Sequence record: NC_070966.1
Strand: one strand, 5' to 3'
DNA: 64,000 nucleotides
Shown: in pieces, positions 36,711 through 46,042 of the stretch
How positions within the stretch are numbered: the stretch's first letter is position 1
How the letters are laid out: each line of letters begins with the position of its first letter
Made by a program: the position numbers and the translations under genes
The notes under the pieces: model-generated
What the model was told of the DNA's origin: nothing
Seen by the model: the letters and a program-made list of their open reading frames with translations, nothing else
The model's database searches: none

Positions 36711-39590
36711 ATGAAAGTACTTATTACTGGAGACATCCATCTCCATGATTTTAGAGTACACAATCTATTTGGAAATCCCTATTTTAGACTAGGTCAATAC
36801 AGTAAATTAGCTGATCGACTGGTCCAAATTATTAAAGAGCATAACGTCGGAGCGATGGCTATTGCTGGAGATTTTCTCCACGTAGCCTCGCCACGTCCAT
36901 ACATTACGAATGCTGCTGGTAAGTTCCTAGATAAGATTGCTGCTCATGTACCTCTATACGTCACTCATGGTCAACATGACTATGACTCTCGTACAGAGAT
37001 GAGTTCTGATAATACTCTGTTGAGTATGTACAATGGTCGTCCTAATATTAGGTATCTCCATAAAGAGTCTGTCACACTAGATGGTAGAAAGTTCTACTTC
37101 CAAGGATGGACTAGTCAACAAGATTTCTCTCATATCAAGCATGGTGAATATGACGTTTTGATTGGTCATGCTACCATTCAAGACTCTATCATTAATCAAT
37201 ATGGGACAACGATGGAACATGGGCAGTCGATCGAGAACGATAAGTTCAAGATCTGCTTCTTTGGTGATATTCATCGACATCAAGTTAAAGGTAATCAAGT
37301 TATTCCTGGAGTACCAATTCAGGCTAATTTCGGTGACCATCCTGATGTAGGAGTGATTATCCTTGATACAGAGACTCTTGAATGGACTCGTGTCAAGACT
37401 ATTACAGAAGAATTCCCATTCCTACGATTTCTTGTTACAGATAAGGTTTTTGACGATCCATATATCGTCACTAAACTACCTGCCAGTAACTCTAATGCTA
37501 CTAAGCGTGAGAAGTTACATAAATCAATTGACATCATGGAAGTCATCGACAAGTCTGTACTAGGTGCGGATGTGCTTGACATTCATGATTTAGCACTAGC
37601 TGCAATCTCTAAGCTTGAGTCTGATGAAGTTAATCTGAACTTCTCGATCATCTCTCTGAAGATTAGAAATTTCAGATCCATTGATAAGGTCGAGTGGACT
37701 CCTAAAGACGGAGTCATGCTGATCAATGGTATCAATGGTGCAGGTAAGTCTACACTTATTCGAGCTATATCGTTTGCTCTCCATGGATCACGTAGTGGTA
37801 AGTCACTCGTCCGTAAAGAGCAGACTGAGATGAGTGTTGATCTTGAATTAACGTACAATGGTATCAACTATCGTATCTACAGAGGTCTCTCTGACGGTAA
37901 GGGATGGTTAAACTATTTTATTGATTCCAAACAGATCGAAACTGAGAATCAAACTGCGACTAATGATAGAATCTCCAAAGATTTGAAGTTTCTATCGATG
38001 TGGCAATTACTGTACCATGTTCAAGGTAAGCCTAGATTCCTATCAGCATTCAATTATGGATCTCGAGTTGAACTCGTATCCAATGTTGTTGGACTATCAA
38101 TTGTTGAACGATTGAAGCAAGCTGCTGAGTCCATTAAGTCTAAGTCAGATAAAGAGTATTCATCTTTGTCAACAGAGACTGATGGTATAAATATGTATCT
38201 CGAAACTATGAAGTCTGTCGACTTCTCGGAGATGCAAAATGACTATAGTGACTTGATAGGATGGGCTGACAGGATCATCAAGGATTTGAATGATCTTATC
38301 AATCTTGAAAGAGATCTCGCTAGCGCTCAAAGTGAAATGAGATCTTCAGAAAATGCTTTATCTCAGTACAAAGATATCGACTTCAGTCGAGCATCTATGG
38401 ATACTGAACAGATGACTGCTCGTATTACTAGTTTGAGTGATACGATCAATTCTAAGAATAAGAGCATCTCTGAGTACGAACGTGAGATCTCTGAAATCCG
38501 TAATAAAATGGGTCTCAAACAACAAGAGATTCAGTCTAAGAAAGTTGACATCTCTTCGATCGAGACTAAAATGCACTCTCTGCAAGCTAGCACATGTTAT
38601 GCTTGTGATCAGATTGTTGGAGAAGACAAAGTCTTTCAAATGAAAGGTCAGTTTGAATCTAGCAAGATGAATATCGAGGAGGTCATCAAGTCTCTTCAGA
38701 CAGAGATACCGGACCTCCTACAAGCTGCTACTAAGTACATGGCAGACATCGAGACAGTACGTAAAGATGTCAATGTCTATGTTGAAGAGAAGTCCAGCTT
38801 GAGTACAGATCTGTCGAACATTACAAATCTTCGTAATCAATATGCAAGATTTAATAATGTGAAGGCAGTGCTAAATAAGAATATCGACGATGTAGCTGCA
38901 CTTAATTCTAAAGTCGATCTTCAGAAAATTCGAATCAAAGAACGATTCGGCACCATAATCAGTCACGAGAATACATCGAACGATGTCCTAATGAAGACGA
39001 GAGAACAACTCGCCATTCTGAAGGAGAAGCAGTCGAATGTTCAGAGACTGACTGATTTGCATAAAGACATGACTGCTAAGATCGAGAGACTCTCAGCTGT
39101 TAAGGTCTTGATGGAAGAAATTGTAGCTTCCAGATCTAAGTATGACAAGTACATCAGTTTGATGGATCCAAAGGGTATTGTAACGAGATCAGTTCTTACT
39201 GCTATCTCTGAACAATTGTCAAATGACAAGATTAAGGTCGTTGCTCATAAGACTCTAGCAAATGGTGAGACAAGACCTGACTTTAATCTACTGCTCAATG
39301 TCCACGGTAAGTGGATTGAGTACGATGAATTGTCAGGTGGTCAGATGATTGTCTGTGATTTATATATTCTTTCTCACTTAATTTCTATCTGTGGAGGAGC
39401 AGGATTACTTATCTTCGACGAGACATTCGGAGAGCTAGATCCTACAAATCTTGAGTATACTGTTGATATGATCAAGTCGATCAACGTTCAGAACATTCTT
39501 ATCGTGAGCCATCACGAGGCGTTCCCGTACTACGATCATCATACAGTAGCGAGACTCCAGGATGGGGTGACCAACTATACATTCTCTTAG
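36711..39590 (+). CDS. Fused SbcD-SbcC (Mre11-Rad50) nuclease-ATPase
   Basis: GDIHLHD, GDFLH, GQHD, GHA, GDIH; GINGAGKST; coiled coil with CYAC hook; LSGGQ, IFDETFGELD, VSHH. Confidence 0.9.
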   Translation: MKVLITGDIHLHDFRVHNLFGNPYFRLGQYSKLADRLVQIIKEHNVGAMAIAGDFLHVASPRPYITNAAGKFLDKIAAHVPLYVTHGQHDYDSRTEMSSDNTLLSMYNGRPNIRYLHKESVTLDGRKFYFQGWTSQQDFSHIKHGEYDVLIGHATIQDSIINQYGTTMEHGQSIENDKFKICFFGDIHRHQVKGNQVIPGVPIQANFGDHPDVGVIILDTETLEWTRVKTITEEFPFLRFLVTDKVFDDPYIVTKLPASNSNATKREKLHKSIDIMEVIDKSVLGADVLDIHDLALAAISKLESDEVNLNFSIISLKIRNFRSIDKVEWTPKDGVMLINGINGAGKSTLIRAISFALHGSRSGKSLVRKEQTEMSVDLELTYNGINYRIYRGLSDGKGWLNYFIDSKQIETENQTATNDRISKDLKFLSMWQLLYHVQGKPRFLSAFNYGSRVELVSNVVGLSIVERLKQAAESIKSKSDKEYSSLSTETDGINMYLETMKSVDFSEMQNDYSDLIGWADRIIKDLNDLINLERDLASAQSEMRSSENALSQYKDIDFSRASMDTEQMTARITSLSDTINSKNKSISEYEREISEIRNKMGLKQQEIQSKKVDISSIETKMHSLQASTCYACDQIVGEDKVFQMKGQFESSKMNIEEVIKSLQTEIPDLLQAATKYMADIETVRKDVNVYVEEKSSLSTDLSNITNLRNQYARFNNVKAVLNKNIDDVAALNSKVDLQKIRIKERFGTIISHENTSNDVLMKTREQLAILKEKQSNVQRLTDLHKDMTAKIERLSAVKVLMEEIVASRSKYDKYISLMDPKGIVTRSVLTAISEQLSNDKIKVVAHKTLANGETRPDFNLLLNVHGKWIEYDELSGGQMIVCDLYILSHLISICGGAGLLIFDETFGELDPTNLEYTVDMIKSINVQNILIVSHHEAFPYYDHHTVARLQDGVTNYTFS

Positions 39591-39622
39591 ATGTAGAAAA
39601 ACAAGAGAATGAACAAAGAGTA

Positions 39623-39844
39623 ATGTCTGATATGTTCAACGAACTAAACATTGAAGTAGCTCAACGAGTTACGGATAACCATATTAATACTGCTATTAAA
39701 CGTGCATCTGCAGCATGTGCTCCTCAGTCGAGTTCGAGATTCGATGGTATTCATTGCATCACATGTAATGAAGCTATCCCTGCGAGAAGACTGGAACTTG
39801 GACGTATCAGATGTATTGATTGTCAATACGATCTGGAAAACTAA
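39623..39844 (+). CDS. TraR/DksA C4-type zinc finger protein
   Basis: CITCNEAIPARR...RCIDCQ. Confidence 0.85.
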   Translation: MSDMFNELNIEVAQRVTDNHINTAIKRASAACAPQSSSRFDGIHCITCNEAIPARRLELGRIRCIDCQYDLEN

Positions 39845-39853
39845 GAGAAGTAA

Positions 39854-40303
39854 ATGTCACTTGTAGCATATAAGAGTAAGCTAAACATTTTCGAGAGATT
39901 TCTTAGATATGTAGATAATATCTTCTATGCTGACGAATACGGAGACAAGAGACCTTCTTCACAGGAGGTCCTTGATCTGAGTAATACGTCTTTAAAAGAG
40001 ATCATTCTACCTGCCAACATTGTTATTAAGTCTCCTGGGAATATCTTTATCAAATCAGAACGACATATTGTTCTTGACTCAGGACATAGAAATGACAACG
40101 ATGGGAAGGTATGGCTTAATAGCGATCAGCTTGTATTTGATATTGATACATTCGATAGCTACGCTTATAGAAAGATTCATGGAGTCATCGATTCTATGGA
40201 TCATTCGGATTATCATAACGTGAAGCAAGATGATCATCTTCAGCTTGAGTTTGATTTCTGCAATCATAAGGAGACTTGTGGATGCCAGGAGCAGCACGCT
40301 TAG
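39854..40303 (+). CDS. Hypothetical protein, possibly spike/beta-helix related
   Basis: IVIKSPGNIFIKSERHIVLDSG; directly precedes PAAR. Confidence 0.6.
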   Translation: MSLVAYKSKLNIFERFLRYVDNIFYADEYGDKRPSSQEVLDLSNTSLKEIILPANIVIKSPGNIFIKSERHIVLDSGHRNDNDGKVWLNSDQLVFDIDTFDSYAYRKIHGVIDSMDHSDYHNVKQDDHLQLEFDFCNHKETCGCQEQHA

Positions 40304-40575
40304 CTGATATATGTACAGGACATGGATGTTGGCCACCTAGAGCTAATTCGAGTGCATCTTCAGATGTATTCATAAATGGTCGAGGAGCTCATCGTCAAGG
40401 TGATACATGGTTACCTCATACATGTCCTGATATACCTGAGACTCATGCATCTGTATTAGCATCAGGGTCAAGTACCGTTTATACTAACGGTAAACAACAA
40501 GGTCGAATAGGAGATCCAGTAGCTTGTGGAAGTACTGTAGCTACTGGATCTGGCAATGTCATAGTTGGTGGATAA
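40282..40575 (+). CDS. PAAR-domain protein (T4 gp5.4-like)
   Basis: AARLAD.CTGH, AHRQGD, GRIGDPVACG, GSGNV. Confidence 0.92.
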   Translation: MPGAARLADICTGHGCWPPRANSSASSDVFINGRGAHRQGDTWLPHTCPDIPETHASVLASGSSTVYTNGKQQGRIGDPVACGSTVATGSGNVIVGG

Positions 40576-40581
40576 TTTATA

Positions 40582-40950
40582 ATGTTAGATGAAGATACGA
40601 TTTCGATGGCAGGTCTTCAGTCTTCTACGACGATGGAAATCGTCAAGAAGGTACTGAGAGCTGAAGATGTCGAAACTCGAGATTTGAGAGCAGCTATCAT
40701 CTCAGTTTATGGTGCTGTTAACCAGTTGTACGATATGGGTAAGAAGATTACCAATAGTAAGATGACAACTGCTAAGATCCGTAAGGATTTTGAGAGAGCA
40801 CTGAAAGGCGTCGAGGTAGGATTTAATATTCCTATCGAAGTACGTCTACCTAATCACCTTCGAGGTGATACTGACGTCACTGAAGCAGTTAAGTCTGTAG
40901 GTGGTGTAATTGATCTGGGACCTGTAGTAAGTGAGACTAATCTACAGTGA
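40582..40950 (+). CDS. Hypothetical protein
   Basis: ORF. Confidence 0.75.
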   Translation: MLDEDTISMAGLQSSTTMEIVKKVLRAEDVETRDLRAAIISVYGAVNQLYDMGKKITNSKMTTAKIRKDFERALKGVEVGFNIPIEVRLPNHLRGDTDVTEAVKSVGGVIDLGPVVSETNLQ

Positions 40951-40959
40951 TCTAATATC

Positions 40960-41002
40960 GCGTAATTCTTCTAAATAAACGGAAGAATTACGCTTTATTT
41001 TT
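40960..41002 (+). terminator. Intrinsic terminator
   Basis: GCGTAATTCTTC/GAAGAATTACGC stem followed by TTTATTTTT. Confidence 0.8.
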
Positions 41003-41013
41003 GTCCATATGAA

Positions 41014-41040
41014 GCGAAGGAGCGTCCCTTAAGCCTTCCT
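41014..41040 (+). promoter_or_regulatory. Motif class A GCGAA-N13-AGCCTTCCT
   Basis: Exact consensus just after the terminator, upstream of the vWA gene. Confidence 0.75.
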
Positions 41041-41140
41041 CTCTCGTAAGACGTTAATTCTAGAAATTCCAATACGGAGTATGTAATGTCTTCTATTAAA
41101 AACTCCGATCCTAAAACCATCTCCTGAAAGGAAAATTCTC

Positions 41141-43396
41141 ATGGATCTCAATAAGTTCAAAGTAACTATCGGTGGTAAGTCTGTCAATGTGACCGCATTC
41201 ACTCCTGACACTACAGCTACCAAGGCTGCAGGTAAGACTCACCATGTCCTTCTCATCGACCGTTCCGGTTCGATGTACTCCTCGATCAGTTATCTGATTG
41301 ATCAGGTTCAGAATACAGTTAAGCTCATCGGTCAAGACGATCTGATTAGCATTCTCTGGTTCTCTGGTCAGGGTAGTAAGGGAGTTATCTGCCAAGGTGT
41401 TAAGGGATCTGAGGACATTACTACTGTTCTCAATAAGTTCCGTAGCGTTCTTGGTACGACATGCTTCTCTGAACCTCTCGCAGAGTCGACTAATGTTGTT
41501 GCTATGTACAAGGACGTTGTTGATCAGTCCGTTATCACTCTCTTCACGGACGGTTGCCCAGTAGTCAGCTGGTCTACTAAGGAAGAGACTGAACGTTGCC
41601 ACGAGATCATTAAAGATCTCGTTGATGATCTCAATGTCTCGGCAGTCAATACCGTAGGTTATGGTAACTACTACAATCGTGATTTCTTGCAGACTCTTTC
41701 CGAGGCATCGGATCAGGGGATGTTCGTTCACAGTAGTAAGATTGAACAATTTACTGACGTCTTCACCTCAGCAGTGGAGGTCGCCAGTGGTCTGGTACTT
41801 CAGTCTCTGGACATCGAAGTATCGGATGACGACGCTGATATTCTTTACGTAGGTAATGGTACCAGTGGTCTTCACAAGTCTGACCTCAGCATGCGTCGTC
41901 TTGACAAGTCTCGTAACCTTGTCTTCATCGTATCTGAGAATTCCAAGTACGATCTGACGATCAACGGTGTTACGGATCACAAGATTGAGTCCATGACTCA
42001 GTCCTCGAATCCTGAATTCGTTGAGAACTTCCTCTACTCGTATGCAGATTCTCTCTACTATCGTGGAGAACGTCAGAAGGCTCTTGACATTATTGTCAAC
42101 AATCTTCGCGACAAGCATCTCGCAGATCTGATGATGAATGCATTCACCATCGACGAAGTAGCTGATGTTCAGAAAGCTCTGAACATTGCATGTGAGTTCA
42201 AGTCTGAACGTTACATCAGTGGTAAGTGCGGAGTAGGATACCTTCCCAAGAAGGATGCATTCTGCTTGATGGATCTCTTTAATCTGTTCTTCAAGAAGGA
42301 TGTAACCGCATATTATGTCCCATTCTCGAAGAATGTTGAGGAGTACCAGCGTATCGGTCGTAAGGTAACCGATGAATTCAATCTGTTCACCAAGTCTCCT
42401 GAAGAAGTTATCGTACCACTGAACGACTTCGTCTGGAACAAGGACAAGCTGAATCTCTCGATCCGTATTCTGATCCCTGGTACAGTAACTCTCAATCCGA
42501 AGGCTGCTAAGACAGTAGGACTTGCTTCTACCTATCCGTCCAAGATCTATCGTAACCATACGTTTATCAAAGACGGTCAGCTGAATATTAAGACTGCAGA
42601 ATTCCTTCTGTCGTCTGATGTACTTGAAGTACTTAATGCGAATAAGATCGGTAACCGTATCCTGTCTACGGATGAGGATGTTGGTGGGATCCTTCTGAAT
42701 CGAGTAGTAGTCGATCTCACGAAGCTTCCTGTTATCAATCGTCTTTACATTGATAACTCCGACTCTCTGGATGATCTGAAGGATATTGTCGTCAATATCT
42801 CTAAGGCTGAGGCTTCCATCAAGGTAGCTAAGGATGCACTGGCAACCGTTCTGGCATCGAATGTGAATCTGACGAAGGTCGGAGCATATAAGGGTCTTAC
42901 GGCTGATCAGATCACCGTACTCGAAAATCACGGTATCTCCAAGGATGGAGTCTACGGAGGTATCGATAATGTCAAGCCTAAGGCTGCGGATTCAGATAGC
43001 TACGAAGTACGTACTCTCGAATTCTATCTGAAGGGATTCTCGTCGCTTCCTTCCATCGCTGACTTCAACAAGATGCTCAATGGTGAGAAGAGAGTGAATG
43101 CTCCTGGACAAATGATGATCGACTATCTGAAGGATCTTGAATTCCGACTGAAGGCCGAGAATCTTAGTCTGAATCAGCCGAATGCAGCTGTTAGAGACTT
43201 CCTTAATGAGGAACTCGAAGAGCTTAAGGCTGGCCTAGCTACTGCTCGTAATCATCTCAATGCTGTCAAGATGGCTAAGGTGCTTACACATGACTTCTTC
43301 CATGGTCTAGTTGCTGACGACAAGGGTAACTACTCTTATGGAGATGAGAATCATACTATGATTCTTCGTAATGACCGTACTGTAGAGTACGTTTAA
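41141..43396 (+). CDS. Large vWA-domain protein
   Basis: MIDAS LIDRSGSM, GTT, FTDG in the N-terminal 200 aa. Confidence 0.85.
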   Translation: MDLNKFKVTIGGKSVNVTAFTPDTTATKAAGKTHHVLLIDRSGSMYSSISYLIDQVQNTVKLIGQDDLISILWFSGQGSKGVICQGVKGSEDITTVLNKFRSVLGTTCFSEPLAESTNVVAMYKDVVDQSVITLFTDGCPVVSWSTKEETERCHEIIKDLVDDLNVSAVNTVGYGNYYNRDFLQTLSEASDQGMFVHSSKIEQFTDVFTSAVEVASGLVLQSLDIEVSDDDADILYVGNGTSGLHKSDLSMRRLDKSRNLVFIVSENSKYDLTINGVTDHKIESMTQSSNPEFVENFLYSYADSLYYRGERQKALDIIVNNLRDKHLADLMMNAFTIDEVADVQKALNIACEFKSERYISGKCGVGYLPKKDAFCLMDLFNLFFKKDVTAYYVPFSKNVEEYQRIGRKVTDEFNLFTKSPEEVIVPLNDFVWNKDKLNLSIRILIPGTVTLNPKAAKTVGLASTYPSKIYRNHTFIKDGQLNIKTAEFLLSSDVLEVLNANKIGNRILSTDEDVGGILLNRVVVDLTKLPVINRLYIDNSDSLDDLKDIVVNISKAEASIKVAKDALATVLASNVNLTKVGAYKGLTADQITVLENHGISKDGVYGGIDNVKPKAADSDSYEVRTLEFYLKGFSSLPSIADFNKMLNGEKRVNAPGQMMIDYLKDLEFRLKAENLSLNQPNAAVRDFLNEELEELKAGLATARNHLNAVKMAKVLTHDFFHGLVADDKGNYSYGDENHTMILRNDRTVEYV

Positions 43397-43401
43397 AATC
43401 T

Positions 43402-43451
43402 AGGCTCCATTATTCTTCTCGCAAGGGATGAGTAATGGAGCCTTTTCTTTT
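43402..43451 (+). terminator. Intrinsic terminator
   Basis: AGGCTCCATTA/TAATGGAGCCT stem followed by TTTCTTTT. Confidence 0.8.
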
Positions 43452-43469
43452 GTCTTATTGAGAGGTAAT

Positions 43470-44048
43470 ATGCATACCGCTGATCTAGAGAATATGCCAT
43501 CTCTGGTTCTCAATGCTGATATGTTACCCTTATCTTCTTCACCATTAAGCTTGTATCATTGGCACGATACGATCAAGGCAGTGACTGAAAATAAGGCTAG
43601 TGTAATAGCTGAGTACGACAGAGTTATTCGATCTCCTACATTTGAGATGAAGCTACCATCCGTGATAGCCTTGAACAACTATGTCGGAATCTATACCGAG
43701 ATTAAATTCACACGTTACAATCTATTTCTAAGAGATAAATTCACTTGTCAGTATTGTATGGAGAAGTTTGCTTACAAGAATCTTACGTTTGATCATGTCG
43801 TACCTGCATCTAGAGGTGGTAAGACAGTTTGGACTAATATTGTAGCAGCATGTCATCCTTGCAATATTAAGAAACGTGATAGAACTCCTGAAGAAGCAGG
43901 TTTGCATCTCCATTACAAGCCATATGCTCCTAACTATGAGCAGTTTAAACGTTTAGGTCGTCAAGATCCTGGTAAGAATCATTACGGTAATCTCCATAAG
44001 ACCATTATAGACTGGTTGTACTGGGACACAGAATTGGAATCAAAATAA
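43470..44048 (+). CDS. HNH endonuclease (McrA-like, alphaproteobacterial type)
   Basis: LVLNAD.LPLS..PLS, CQYC, TFDHVVPASRGG..W.NIVAACHPCN.KK, YWDTELE. Confidence 0.9.
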   Translation: MHTADLENMPSLVLNADMLPLSSSPLSLYHWHDTIKAVTENKASVIAEYDRVIRSPTFEMKLPSVIALNNYVGIYTEIKFTRYNLFLRDKFTCQYCMEKFAYKNLTFDHVVPASRGGKTVWTNIVAACHPCNIKKRDRTPEEAGLHLHYKPYAPNYEQFKRLGRQDPGKNHYGNLHKTIIDWLYWDTELESK

Positions 44049-44050
44049 CA

Positions 44051-44374
44051 ATGGCACACGCCTGTATTCTACTGATCGGCAAGTACAAGAAGTCACTTGT
44101 CAATTATCTTGACCAAGATCCTATTTATTACAGTCAAGTCGAAGAAGGTACTGAGGTCATAGCTCATTACTTCAACGTACATAATGTCATTGATGTTCAG
44201 AGACTAGGTGAACTAGTCGGCATCGATGATTACAAAGACATGAGTCAGTCCGTAATCAATAAGGCACGGATTGACCATGAGGAGCTCGAAGAATTTGGTA
44301 GTCCTGCAAAGGTAAATGGATTTATCAAACTCCTTGATAATGGATTTAAACCATATTTTGAGGTGAGCTTCTGA
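44051..44374 (+). CDS. Hypothetical protein
   Basis: ORF chain. Confidence 0.7.
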   Translation: MAHACILLIGKYKKSLVNYLDQDPIYYSQVEEGTEVIAHYFNVHNVIDVQRLGELVGIDDYKDMSQSVINKARIDHEELEEFGSPAKVNGFIKLLDNGFKPYFEVSF

Positions 44375-44601
44375 TGACAAATCCTGACACTCCTGTAACA
44401 TTTTCCTTTTCTGGTCGACGTCTATATGATATAACGGACGATCAGTTGAAGATTGTCAAAGCATTCAGACAAGTTTTATCTAAAGAACTAAAATTTTGTT
44501 CAATGATAGACTGTGCATATGCTTTGAAAGAATCTAACTGGGATGTTGACAAGGCTAGGGTACTTATGATTGAATTGAGTAGATACAGAGTTGTTCTTTA
44601 G
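44374..44601 (+). CDS. EF-Ts N-terminal (UBA-like) domain protein
   Basis: VKAFR...SMIDCAYALKESNWDVDKA resembles EF-Ts VKELR...[12 protein letters not shown].E.A. Confidence 0.55.
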   Translation: MTNPDTPVTFSFSGRRLYDITDDQLKIVKAFRQVLSKELKFCSMIDCAYALKESNWDVDKARVLMIELSRYRVVL

Positions 44602-44636
44602 TGTGAGTACAACGGTTCTACTTAAAGGATGAAAAA

Positions 44637-45047
44637 TTGAAGATCTACACTGTAATTGTCAGCATTATGTTGGCTCTCATCTCTACTTCAGTTTACGGAG
44701 GAGAAGTGATAACACGTAAAGTTGGTTATTCCAGCAGATCGCTCATTGTGAGTGAGGCAGCTAAATACGGAATAAGCAAAGCAGTCATCGAACATGTCGC
44801 ACGTAAGGAGAGTACATTTAGATGTACGACTGGAGGTCGATATAAAGGTCCACTTCAAATCAGCCCAAGGAGCGCTCGTGCTCTAGGGTATCAAGGTAAA
44901 GGTGGTCTAGATAATTGCGGAGACGGTCTGAAATACGGACTGAGACACTTAGCAATCTGTGTTAAGAAAGTAGGTCAGAATCCAAAGAAGGCAGCTTCAT
45001 GTCATGCGTCCCCAGGTGCGTATGGTGTGAGAGTAGTATGGAGATAG
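44637..45047 (+). CDS. Lytic transglycosylase (SLT domain) with signal peptide
   Basis: Catalytic ES (RKESTF), GPLQI, ARALGY, GLRHL. Confidence 0.8.
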   Translation: MKIYTVIVSIMLALISTSVYGGEVITRKVGYSSRSLIVSEAAKYGISKAVIEHVARKESTFRCTTGGRYKGPLQISPRSARALGYQGKGGLDNCGDGLKYGLRHLAICVKKVGQNPKKAASCHASPGAYGVRVVWR

Positions 45048-45298
45048 TTCCATCAAAATGGACGGTTTATATCGTAGAGTGTAGAGATAAATCCTTGTAT
45101 ACAGGAATCACTACTGATATAAACCGTCGTCTACTCCAGCACAATAATGGTACTGGAGCCAAGTATACAAGAAGCAGAAGACCTGTTAGTATCGTTTATA
45201 CCGAGAAATTACCAGATAGGTCTTCTGCTCTCAAACGTGAATACGCTATTAAGCAACTATCTCGTAAGGAGAAGTTGCAATTAGTAAATTTTAGATAG
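45038..45298 (+). CDS. GIY-YIG nuclease (UPF0213/YhbQ-like)
   Basis: VYIVEC.D.SLYTGIT.D..RRL.QHN.G.GAKYTR.RRP. Confidence 0.92.
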   Translation: MEIVPSKWTVYIVECRDKSLYTGITTDINRRLLQHNNGTGAKYTRSRRPVSIVYTEKLPDRSSALKREYAIKQLSRKEKLQLVNFR

Positions 45299-45328
45299 GT
45301 TCACTTAACGTCTCCAAGGGATTCTTCT
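45295..45328 (+). promoter_or_regulatory. Motif class B copy 2
   Basis: Matches 232-265; overlaps the hairpin TCTCCAAGG/CCTTGGAGA. Confidence 0.6.
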
Positions 45329-45366
45329 TTAGGAAGGGACCTTGGAGATTCTTAGAGGTAATTTAA

Positions 45367-45603
45367 ATGGGCACTAGTGCTCCTGATATTACAATTAGTA
45401 ATCCCAATATTGATCATACTTACGATACGAGTAATCTTCCATTTCTCAGGAAGACTCCTCCTCACGTCCTTGGAGAATCTAAGGACGATTTTCTAAGTAG
45501 AATGTCCCTTGCTACTCATGACCGAGTGAACAACTTAGAGTTCACGATTGTGAGTCGTAGAGATTGGGACCATCTGCTCTACTTAGCAAGTAGATCCATC
45601 TAA
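45367..45603 (+). CDS. Hypothetical protein
   Basis: GAGGT RBS. Confidence 0.65.
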   Translation: MGTSAPDITISNPNIDHTYDTSNLPFLRKTPPHVLGESKDDFLSRMSLATHDRVNNLEFTIVSRRDWDHLLYLASRSI

Positions 45604-45659
45604 TCCCTTAACAATTTGTCTTAAGAATCGTCTGCTTTAATGGCAGGTAGGAGAAAGTA

Positions 45660-45905
45660 GTGGCCGAGTATAGTAGCACTGTAACTGCATATGATAGTGC
45701 AGGTAGTGAGAAATTATTTAATATCTTTAAAGATCTTAAAATGGATTTGGATATGCTTAGTGCAATTGTTCAGAATCCTATGAAGATCAAACATACTGAA
45801 CTTCTTAGATTTAAGAAAGATATGGATATCTTTTGTCTAAAGTTTGTAATCCTAAAGGATGAAACTATGGATTTCGTTATGAGTCAACCACCTAGTGATC
45901 CTTGA
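45660..45905 (+). CDS. Hypothetical protein
   Basis: AGGAG RBS, GTG start. Confidence 0.6.
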   Translation: MAEYSSTVTAYDSAGSEKLFNIFKDLKMDLDMLSAIVQNPMKIKHTELLRFKKDMDIFCLKFVILKDETMDFVMSQPPSDP

Positions 45906-45990
45906 TCTTATTGATCTTGATTATCATTATAATAATGATAATTATAATAAGAATAGTATAGATAATATTATTCTTATTATTCTTGTGATC
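45905..45990. repeat. AT-rich island with palindrome and 12-bp inverted repeat (candidate origin)
   Basis: ATTATCATTAT-A-ATAATGATAAT; ATAATAAGAATA (45944-45955)/TATTCTTATTAT (45969-45980); GATCTT repeats. Confidence 0.7.
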
Positions 45991-46042
45991 TAGGACTGAT
46001 TTTACAGATATTCGACTCCTGATTAAGGACTTATTCCAGTCA

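Noticed and set aside
45905-45960. Fur-box-like GATAAT/ATTATC hexamers
   Set aside because: Expected by chance in such AT-rich low-complexity sequence, and no iron-related gene is adjacent. Kept only as part of the island finding.
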